Of a DNA stretch of 64,000 nt, positions 54,247-64,000 are shown piece by piece (the stretch's first letter is position 1; the number at the start of each line of letters is the position of its first letter). Where the stretch lies: positions 35,960,001 to 36,024,000 of the forward strand of contig NC_043015.1 of assembly GCF_006345805.1 (NCBI RefSeq), in the 5' to 3' direction. Position numbers and translations under genes: made by a program. The notes under the pieces are model-generated. The model ran no database searches and had not been told where the DNA came from. It was given only the letters and a program-made list of their open reading frames with translations. The DNA comes from Octopus sinensis. Lineage: Eukaryota.

Positions 54247-54330
54247 ACTATGTAATTGGCAAAATAAAATTAAAAAAAACAACGCGCATGCCGGAAGTTA
54301 ATAATATATCACACACTATATAGACGCGTG

Positions 54331-54369
<39 letters not shown>

Positions 54370-54543
54370 ATACGTATATATATGTATATATATATATATA
54401 CAATGCGTGCTCACGAACCCCAACAAACATATAGAGACACTTATAAATAGATGCACACAGAATCACACATGTATGCCAGAGTGAGAGACTTAATCGTATA
54501 TATATATACATACATATATATGTATGTTATATATATATATATC

Positions 54544-54638
<95 letters not shown>

Positions 54639-55089
54639 ATATGTGTGTATGTGGGTGTATGTACCTAATCAATACTATATGCTGAGCACAAAAGACTGGC
54701 AAATCGTGCCGTAATATAATAAAGATGTAGAAATCAATATTCTCGCGCAATATTGTGTCATTGCAGTTCTTTGAAGGTAAGTCTATTAGTTCTTTGTATT
54801 TGGCCAATGATACCATTATCTGCCAAATTGAAAATTCCTGGTGATTTGACACTTAAACAACGAACATTATCATTACTAAACGAAATAATAAAAGAAAACA
54901 CCTCGTGAATGGGTGTGCGTGTGTCTGTGTGCGCGTGTGTCGTGCGTATGTGTGTGTGCGTGTGTGTTATGCACATGTGCGCATGCGTGTATGTTTGTTT
55001 ACATATATAAGCATACATGGGTCTTAGCACACACACACATAATTATGGAAACGCATATATGTATATATCTATGTATATATGTATATATC

Positions 55090-55128
<39 letters not shown>

Positions 55129-55329
55129 GTATATATATATTTATAAATATATGCATACATTTAAGTGTGCGTGTGTGAGTGTGTGTTTGTGTAGATGTAT
55201 GTGTGTGTTATGTATATACTATATTACATATGTGGGTATAAGTATATATACGCTTGCCAGTCTATGTATACATATGTATATTTGTAGTGTACACATTTAT
55301 CTGTTTGTCTATCTATCTATGTATCTATG

Positions 55330-55365
<36 letters not shown>

Positions 55366-55397
55366 CACTTATACATACACACACACACACACACACG

Positions 55398-55430
<33 letters not shown>

Positions 55431-56033
55431 CTGCTATTGTACTCATATGTGTACGTCGCATAGTATGTATATACGTACGTGAGTGTGAATGTGTGAGTTT
55501 GTGCTTGTTTTTCTTTCTTAATTCGAAACTGAATGGAAATATTCCTGTACAGTGGAAAATTTATGTATAACATTATTAAGGTTCACATAAAGTTCTCTGT
55601 TGTAGTGAGGAATGTCTACATACACACACATACACACACACACACACACACACTTACACAGTGACAGAGAGAAGGAGAGAAGGAGAGAGGGAGGGAAGGA
55701 GAAATAGAGAGAGGCAAGCTGGCGCGCATGCTTTTGTATATGCAAACAGAAGGGTTATACCGTTTATTAGAATCTCACTCCTCTTCTGGATTCCCGTTCG
55801 TCAACAAACCGGATCCGTGGCGTAAAGTAGATTCCGTTTGAATCAATAATGCTGCAATACAATCTGATACAACATGTAATTCTACAAAGTATAACGTAAT
55901 ATAGTATTATGTAATACATGAGAATATATTAGATCATATGGGTGGGTACTGAAAAATGATTTGGGTAAAAGAAAATACAAGCATACAGGACAATCAGTGA
56001 ATTATGATTTTATTCAACATATTCCACTCGCAG

Positions 56034-56153
56034 ATTCAAACAACTATTGCAGCGGTCCTTCAGTGTAAGAAAAGAAAAAGCACAACGTCGGAAGGTTGGG
56101 CCTCCAGTCCTTTCGTGATAGTCTTAAAGTCAGGAACTTTTCAACGCCCGCAC
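56034..56153 (+). CDS. Candidate 120-nt symmetric exon
   Basis: TTCCACTCGCAG acceptor, AC|GTATGT donor, frame IQTTIAAVLQCKKRKSTTSEGWASSPFVIVLKSGTFQRPH open, other two frames closed; no recognised family. Confidence 0.2.
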
Positions 56154-56224
56154 GTATGTGTGTGCATTGGGACTTCGTTTAGCAATAGATTTACTAATAA
56201 CTAGTTGTTACAACCCAATAACCA

Positions 56225-56550
56225 AGAGCTGGTTCTGCGTCAGTTACGACGACGTGTATTTTAATTGATCTGCTCAACCGAACAATCTCCCCGTGAAATT
56301 AACGTAGAAATAGCTGAGGTCAATACGGACATGCAAATCCTTGAAATACATTTCAGGAAGATTCAACATGATGCAAACTGTGATCTGTCGAGGCCTTTGA
56401 CTTACCAGAATAATTCAGTTTTGCCAGATGAGTGGACTAAAGCAAAGAGAAATAAACTGTCACGGAGAAGGACAAAACTGGGAGCCGGGAATCGAACTCA
56501 CAACATTATGATCGTGTATGGAAGGCTTTAGCAACAAAGCTACGCCTCAT
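56225..56550 (-). mobile_element. Diverged SINE with family 2 core and tRNA-like head
   Basis: CGTCAGTTACGACGAC, CCGTGAAATTAACGT, GATGAGTGGACT and GGGAATCGAACTCAC (B-box, reverse) motifs. Confidence 0.7.
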
Positions 56551-56584
56551 CGTTCAATGTATATACACATATATATATATGTGT

Positions 56585-57116
56585 GGCGGCGCAATGGCCC
56601 AGTGGTTAGGGCAGTGGACTCCCTGTCGTAGGATCGCAGTTTCGATTCCCAGACCGGGCGTTGTTAATGCTTGTTGAGCGAAAGCACCTAAAAAGCTCAA
56701 CGAGGCTTCGGCAGGGGTGGTGGCGAACCCTGCTCTACTCTTTCACCACAATTTTCTCTCACTATTTCTTCCAGTTTCTGTTGTACCTGCATTTCAAAGA
56801 GTTCAGCCTTGTCACACTCTGTGTCACGCTGAATCTTCCCGAGAACTACGTTAAGAAAACAACTCATGAATGTGTGTGTATCTGTGTGTGCCTGTGTCGT
56901 GCGTATGTGTGTGTGTGTGTGTGTGCCATGCACATGTGCACATGCGTGTGTGTTTGTCTGTGTGTGTGTGTATTATGTATATATTATATGACATATGTGG
57001 GTATAAGTATAAGTGTCTGTGGAGTGTTCAACCACTTGCGCGTTAATTTCACGAGCAGGCTGTTCCGTTGATCGAATCAACTGGAACCTTCTTCATCGTC
57101 ACCGACGGTGTGCCAC
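56585..57116 (+). mobile_element. tRNA-headed SINE with family 2 core, interrupted by an insert of about 157 bp (56856-57012)
   Basis: A-box TGGCCCAGTGG(56595-56605), B-box GTTTCGATTCC(56639-56649); the core continues after the insert as GTGTCTGTGGAGTG..CGTTAATTTCACGAGCAGGCTGTTCCGTTGATC. Confidence 0.85.
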
Positions 57117-57289
57117 GTGTTTATATATATATATAGACACATACATATACATATGTATATATGTGTGTGTGGATACATTCTGAAGTTCAAAGGAAACGTT
57201 CTCACTGTAAAAGAATATTTCACACGCGATAGTGAGATTATATGGATTTTATCACATTTCAGCTAATTTGACATCAGGAAGATGTCACT

Positions 57290-57900
57290 TACGACTCTTT
57301 TGAAAACACAAGGATTGCATGTCGGATTCGAATTCGCTCAGGTTTCCTGAATATGGTAACGCTCGGGAAGGCATCTTTATGAAAAGCATGATGCATGGTC
57401 AAAATGTTGACTCGTTGGGTATAAAATGCACCCAAATTTACCAGCCTGCAATTCGTTTCCCTAACGCCCCAAGCATGCCAAAACTGACACGAAATAGACG
57501 GAGTAAGTCATAGTACGTCTCCATGCTGGGCAACGTCTGTGGTTCATTGAACTGCAGTTTTCGGACAATTGACCGGCTGAGGGAACGATACAATATCGCA
57601 AACATAAGGATTATTGTTCACACATTGGCCGACTGCGGGTTACAGCGGCACGTCCAGGTCGCCACATATATAGACAGCACTTGAAGGACCGATGCCGGAG
57701 GTCAACGGAATCAGCGAGGTAGACCACAGAGAGACTTCACAAACCCATTTGAGCAAAGACTGTTCGCCGCCATCTCCACTGTCCTGTTTTTGCTTCCAGC
57801 TTTGACCCTCCACAAATTCTAAATTTTATTTTGGTTCGCAGGAGCAACTGTCTTTCGAAGCCTCCTATTATCGCTAATTGCTCGAAATGAGGAGTAGATG
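57290..57900 (+). mobile_element. Tc1-like transposase N-terminal remnant
   Basis: Across frameshifts: LNCSFRTIDRLRERYN, GRLRVTAA..RHIYRQHLKDR and AKTVRRHL, the Tc1 HTH/GRPR region. Confidence 0.65.
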
Positions 57901-58309
57901 GACAGCCTACAATTGATGAAGGGTCTTTATTTATGTTACTTGTCTCGATTTCCATTTGTCTCTCTCATTGTTCGCATACCCAAGTTTGTCTTCGTATTTC
58001 ATGTTGTTTAGCTTTTGTGGCGTCCTGTACCCATATATGCATATATATGCATATGCATAAATATGTATGTATACACATATATATATATATAAATATATTT
58101 ATATTATTATATAATTGTACGCTACACCTCCATTTCCAAGTAAGTTTATATATACATATATATATATCTATATAATATTGTACTGTTCAACAAAAAAGTA
58201 CTCCATTTGGAGAGATATAAATATTAAGTAATAAACACAATACATACTTGTGTATGTTACTATGAGTTTCTTCTCTCATGACATTTTTAGTTAGTTATGC
58301 TACGTGGGC

Positions 58310-58391
58310 TGGGCCTGATGAATGTGCCGAGATGTCAGACAAATTATAAATCATTGGCATGTTCTTGGCGCATGAAACTAATAGTAGCACA
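58310..58391 (+). ncRNA. Type I hammerhead ribozyme motif with 11-bp stem II and 30-nt loop II
   Basis: CTGATGA(58315-58321); stem II ATGTGCCGAGA/TCTTGGCGCAT (11 bp, 2 G.U); GAAA(58374-58377); stem III ACT-AAT-AGT; GTA triplet, predicted cut after 58386; stem I TGGGC/GCACA has one mismatch. Confidence 0.7.
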
Positions 58392-59639
58392 TAAAAACAT
58401 CTATAGTGTTAATTAAATAATATCTATATATATATATATGTATATATATATGTGTGTGTGTGTGTATGTGTGTGTGTGTGTACATACAAACATACATGTC
58501 TATCTATATGTATACACTACAGAATAAAGCTTTAGTCAAGTAGAGTGCATTATATTGATTATTGAATGACAAGTTACAAGAATTACGTCTCTCTCTCCTG
58601 TGTAACAGATGTAAAAGTACGTCCATGTATTAATGTATCCATCCATAGAAGCATGCTTACATATATGCGCACCCATTCATTCGCCAAAAAAGCACAAGTA
58701 TCCCATGCATTTGATCAGGAGCCACTGAACAGAAACCATGATTTTGCTGATTGCTTTAAATGCTTACGTGGTGGCGAAGAAAAGCAGAGAAATTTACAGA
58801 TATCCTACCGTCGACTAATCGATATCTCGAGGATGTGGAAGCAGGAAAGTCTGCTCAAAGTCTGCTCATTTTTAAAAGGAGGAATCTGAAGCAATGGGAA
58901 ATAATGTGCTTTCCTCAAGGACACAGCAACTTGTCCGGTCCAGGAATCGAACTTACGGGCTTATGATTGGTTAGGAGGACAATACTTAACCTATTGATAC
59001 TATCACACAGTTATCAAAAGTGGTATAACGTAGCAAATATTGTTAAGTGAAGTAGTGTGTCTGTGTGTCTTTGATCAGAGTAATTTTTTCCTCCTCGATC
59101 CTCGGCCGACTTTAGCAATATATTTGAAGTATCATTATATACACTTCTGTTGGATCTGTTGAAATCAGGCACAAAGAAATTCGCAGCAATTCCCGATTCC
59201 ATGTATGAGAATATAACAATGTGTGAAGATAAAAGCAAAAACATTTATAAATATTTCTAAAGACCAAATTCTGCAGATCTCCTGAAGTTCTATAGAAACA
59301 TTTCTATGAAATTACTCTTATGTAAAGTTCAATAAAAAATTTCGTTTGAAGGTGCTTTTGGTGAAATTATGAATGCAGAAGTATGTGAAAACTAGTTATT
59401 AATGAACTGGGAGATGTACTAAGAATTTACCCTCTGTATATTCACTGGTTTTTACCTTTGATCTTTGTGAGGTCAATGAACTAGGTATCAGACAATGTCT
59501 TGGCTCTTCCTACCTTTTAAGTGTGTTGCCTTGTAATTAATTGTGACTCAGTCATAAATTATCATTATTAGTAGTAGTAGTAGTATTATTTTGATAGCTA
59601 TTGTTTTTGTTATTATCTACATATATATATACGTAAGTA

Positions 59640-59691
<52 letters not shown>

Positions 59692-59698
59692 CATATAT

Positions 59699-59740
<42 letters not shown>

Positions 59741-60059
59741 TAACAGGTTTGGTGACGAGCTAGAAGAAAAGTTAGAAGATCGGACGAAACGGCATTTCTT
59801 TCAGCTCTTTATGCTTTAGTTTCATATCCCGCCGACATCAACTTAGGCTTCCATACCACCCACGGTCGATCAGATAAACTGCCGACCAAGTACATGGGAA
59901 ATCTTCAGGAGAGGTAGTCAGAACTGTCCTACGTGCTTGTAATCGTTCTATATCATTGCTATACATCTAATCAGCTGACCAGCCAAATTTTATTCAAAAC
60001 AGCATCTTAAACGCACGCTTCCAAACACTGCTTGTCACTGTCTACTAAACACTGCTTGT

Positions 60060-60380
60060 CACATTTACAAAAATCTTTTCGTCCCTTTTCCTACAATGCA
60101 AACTTCCTCTCTGTGATTTTTGATAAGCCGAAGGCAGTCGATTTGGAGACATTGAGAAGATGGAAGAGAAAGGTTCGAGGCACTTGCACTTTCCAGGACT
60201 TCCCGTAGTAGGTGGGGCGCTACAAGCATCTTTCAAGTCAGAGGACCCTAATTTGTAGGAGATTAGAGTTTTGTATCTCTTTGAAATTAATAAATGTCTC
60301 TCCTGAAAGCTTCTTAAAACTACTGGAATTGTACAAGCTGATGGTATAGACTAACGGCGCCCCTTCTAAATCTTGAAGCA
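60060..60380 (-). mobile_element. Possible Nimb/I-clade LINE ORF1 fragment
   Basis: SFKKLSGETFINFKEIQNSNLLQI resembles the recalled (S/I)KKLRSGDLL.E...QS.NLL motif; short and degenerate. Confidence 0.4.
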
Positions 60381-61558
60381 AAGGCAACGATCTCGCAGAA
60401 TTGTATCTTGCCTCGAACAATTCTTAGCGGCATTTCTCCCGACGATTTGCTATTGCCATAGTGAAGTGCCTATAGAATACTTAGAATACTATAGAATCTA
60501 TAGAATACTTAATTTGTTCCTCTCTTTAACATTGTTGGCTTTGCGCCTGAACATTTATTTGCTTCAACAGCAAAAAACAAAAGTTCATTACATATCTTAT
60601 TAATAAAAACTCTTATTACTTGCGAACCTGCCGTTGTTGAAAAGTAACGTCTATAAACACTGCTGTAATACGGCAAAAACTCATCCGGAATTGTCGGCCG
60701 TACATGCTGACATACATACCATCATTAATTGATGTTTTTCCCTCAACGCTTTATTTTCTACACTGTGGAACCTATTTTCAGAGAAGTGGACTTCACCATT
60801 TGAGATTTATTGACATACTCACAAAGTTTCTATTTTGCATGTGATATAATGTAATAGATTATATATTGCGTTCGCATGTGTTTGTGTATGCACACATGTG
60901 TGTGTGTGGGGGGGGCACCAAAGTGTGTGAATAAAATGTTAGACTATAGCTCGTGTCCGTGCGACGAGTATGTGTATATTTATGTCATTTTCCATATTCA
61001 TGAACGCATGCTTATCTTAAAGCACCAGTAGAAAACAAAATGGCGAATGACAAATTCGGTGGGATATCGTATTTAAAAAAATACCTTTGTGCTCTTCTGG
61101 TGGAAGCTGACATTATGCTTACTCCTCCAGAGATGTCGTAGATATTCATCAATTAATTATTGAGGATGATTTCATCGGTTATTATCCTTTACATCTCACA
61201 TATTTATGGTTTCGCGGATTACTTTAGAATTAATTTATGGCGCAAGTTCCACCAAATCTTTCGATTTCTGTGTATATACCACTTTCTCCTAAGAGCTAGG
61301 CACCAAGGTAAACCTTTGTTTGGTGTTCACACGTGAAGGCATGCGCAGTATGGAACATTAATTCAATTCTCAGAATCATCATCCAAACCTAAATCACACT
61401 CATACACACTCATATATCTTTGTTATGTGATTACTTATGAAAATTGATTTTGGTTTTCTTTCCTGCTTCCTTCTTCTCGAGTTACATGCAGGACTTCATT
61501 CAATCTCACTTGATGAATATTACCATATAACACTTTCAATCACCGATACAATTCTAAG

Positions 61559-61675
61559 CATTCCACCGATATATGCAAGTTTTATGGCGGCTTATTAGCT
61601 CTGTACGTCCTGCGGGTGTGGGCTTTTATCCTTTACGGAATTGTGTTCTGTGTCAATATTTGTAATTTACGACAA
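61559..61675 (+). CDS. Candidate 117-nt symmetric exon encoding a hydrophobic segment
   Basis: ATTCTAAG acceptor, AA|GTAAGT donor, frame HSTDICKFYGGLLALYVLRVWAFILYGIVFCVNICNLRQ open, other frames closed before the donor. Confidence 0.3.
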
Positions 61676-62026
61676 GTAAGTTTGTGTAAACATCTTTAAC
61701 ATCATGCAGCATATAAAAGCAAGCGAGATATAACTATATTCAAATGCAGATAGATAGAAAAGTAGGTGGACACAATCACATATATTTACATAATAACATT
61801 CATATTAATATGTATGTATATGTCGAATAAAGATGCGTGTGTATATGTATTTACACACACTCACGTATATCCATATTTACTTATATACATGCTGTTGTGT
61901 CTGGGGAGAGTCATTCTCTTTTGGTGCCTTATAATTTCACAAACTCACCGGTAAAATTCCCACTCATTTATTCATTTATTTTTCTAAAATTTCGTTGCAT
62001 CTTGCAACCTTTTCTATAGTTGTTAA

Positions 62027-62061
62027 CTGTCCGTTATTTAAGTAGCTTGAATAACGGACAG
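62027..62061. repeat. 16-bp inverted repeat with 3-nt loop
   Basis: CTGTCCGTTATTTAAG-tag-CTTGAATAACGGACAG (15 of 16 matched). Confidence 0.9.
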
Positions 62062-62064
62062 AGC

Positions 62065-62385
62065 CAACAATGTACCCAATAATGCTCTCTTCTGGATCAC
62101 TTCAAGCCTGACAACAGCTCCAATATTCTTAATGTTTTTCAAAGCTCTTGGAAATTGCTCCTAATGTTCCAAATACCACCAGTATCACCATTATTTTCCT
62201 CATGCCTCATAACTTTCTTATCTCGTCCCGCAGTGTCTGGTATTTCTCACATTTTTCTGTTTCCTTACATTTCACCATCGAGTGCCTAGTATTACTACAT
62301 CAATTATCTTTAATTCTTTTTCACCTTTACGGATGAGCACCATATCTGGTCGTCTCGCCTCTATGATTTGGTCGCTCTATATGTA
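62065..62385 (-). mobile_element. R4/Dong-like LINE endonuclease fragment, frameshifted
   Basis: DQIIEARRPDMVLI ... VRLEVIQKRALLG on the minus strand. Confidence 0.75.
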
Positions 62386-62582
62386 AAAATCTCTGAGTGT
62401 TTTGTAATGTTCGTTTTCGATTACTCCTGCTGGCTTATATTCATACCATTGCTCGGCTCTCTCGAGGTTTACTTTACCGCAAAACAGCCAGTCGATATAA
62501 CTCCACATTGTGCGTTTGTGTGTGTGTGTGTGTATGTGTGTGCGTGTGTATGTATATCTGTGGTGTTTTTGTGTGGGTATAT

Positions 62583-62638
<56 letters not shown>

Positions 62639-63002
62639 ATATACAGAATTTTTTTAATGAACCAAGAGGTGAGGAATTGTAACGAGATTCATGTTTCAGT
62701 TCCAATAACTAAAAATATATCCTCTACATCGTATATTGAGTACATTTCTCTCGTTTATTCGACATAACCCAGCATTCGTATACACACACATACACACACA
62801 CACACACATACGCACACACACACACACACACACACTCACAAATATATATATATTGATAAAAATGGTAAGACGTAGCATTTTTCCCGTTGGCCAGATAACT
62901 AGACAGGTGGATTTACACCTCGGCATCCGAAACTCGGAGTTTTATCATGGCTACCGAATAATTGTCACATGCTACATTTACACACACATACACACACACA
63001 CA

Positions 63003-63054
<52 letters not shown>

Positions 63055-63059
63055 TCCTT

Positions 63060-63271
63060 TATTCTTTTATTTGCTTCAGTCACTGGACTGCGCCCGTGCT
63101 GGAGCATCATATTTAGTCGAACAAATCGTCCCGAAGACTTTTCTATCGGTCTTTTCTTTCGAAACAAAAATTTACGGGAACGTAAACATACCAACATCGG
63201 TGGTCAAGTGATATTGGGGGGGCAAACACAGACACACAAACATATACACACCACACACACACACACACACA

Positions 63272-63324
<53 letters not shown>

Positions 63325-63436
63325 TATATACAACGGGACACTTTCAGTTTCCGTCTACGAAATCCACTCACAGGGTTTTCGTCGGCCCAAGACTATAGTA
63401 GAAGACACCTAACCAAAGGGGCCACGTAGTGGGACT
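63060..63436 (-). mobile_element. SINE family 3, head truncated at (TA)n
   Basis: CAGTCACTGGACTGCG..GCTGGAGCA, CAAACACAGACAC, TTTCAGTTTCCGTCTAC.AAATCCACTCACA and CTATAGTAGAAGACAC motifs. Confidence 0.8.
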
Positions 63437-63550
<114 letters not shown>

Positions 63551-63552
63551 GT

Positions 63553-63631
63553 ATACTAAGCAATAAAGGGTTTAGCAACGAATTGCTTACCACAATAGCA
63601 ATTCGTTGCTAAACCCTTTATTGCTTAGTAT
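63553..63631. repeat. Perfect palindrome with 35-bp arms and 9-nt spacer next to (TA)n
   Basis: ATACTAAGCAATAAAGGGTTTAGCAACGAATTGCT-taccacaat-AGCAATTCGTTGCTAAACCCTTTATTGCTTAGTAT. Confidence 0.97.
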
Positions 63632-63731
63632 TACTTAAATTTTCCTCGAATGAAGCTTTTACATGCCGAAGACTACTTGGTGTAATTGATAATATTCCAA
63701 ATTAATTAATTTCACCCTTCATTATTACGGA

Positions 63732-63762
<31 letters not shown>

Positions 63763-63766
63763 TTAA

Positions 63767-63828
<62 letters not shown>

Positions 63829-64000
63829 TTATTTATTTATTTATATATATTATATGTACCCACATACACATGCAATCATATTCATGCATGTATATGCGTA
63901 TGTATATATATCTATGTGTGTGTGCGTGCGGGCGCATGTATATGTGTATGCAGATATATGTAATTATGTATGTATATAAACACAGAAATGCATAAGTGTT

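Noticed and set aside
56585-56660. tRNA gene-like sequence with A and B boxes
   Set aside because: No complete cloverleaf; it continues into a SINE body found elsewhere in the window.
61165-61307. Frame with an S4-like FRINLWRKFHQIFRF string upstream of candidate exon 61559
   Set aside because: Weak acceptor, and its donor is phase 1 whereas the next candidate is phase 0; joining requires an assumed frameshift.

Overview
AT-rich eukaryotic genomic DNA, essentially intronic or intergenic. The repeat landscape (very dense (TA)n, (CA)n, (AAT)n, (AGAT)n and (ATGT)n arrays plus three recurring tRNA-headed SINE families) looks like a coleoid cephalopod, probably Octopus; this is inferred from pattern recall, not a database search. 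Almost all listed ORFs are microsatellite translations. Real coding signal comes from decayed transposons: R4/Dong-like LINEs in (AAT)n tracts, Tx1/L1, CR1 and possibly Nimb fragments, Penelope-like RT and GIY-YIG pieces, and mariner, Tc1 and maT transposases. The strongest unexplained structure is a set of type I hammerhead-ribozyme motifs from several unrelated sequence families. Five have an intact core and most have a palindromic stem III. Two sit in the arms of a 1.06-kb near-perfect palindrome, and two families carry AATAAA inside an enlarged loop II, 17-26 nt upstream of the predicted cleavage site. Also present are shorter palindromes, a templated local insertion inside a SINE, and a few weak candidate host exons. 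No host gene is established.
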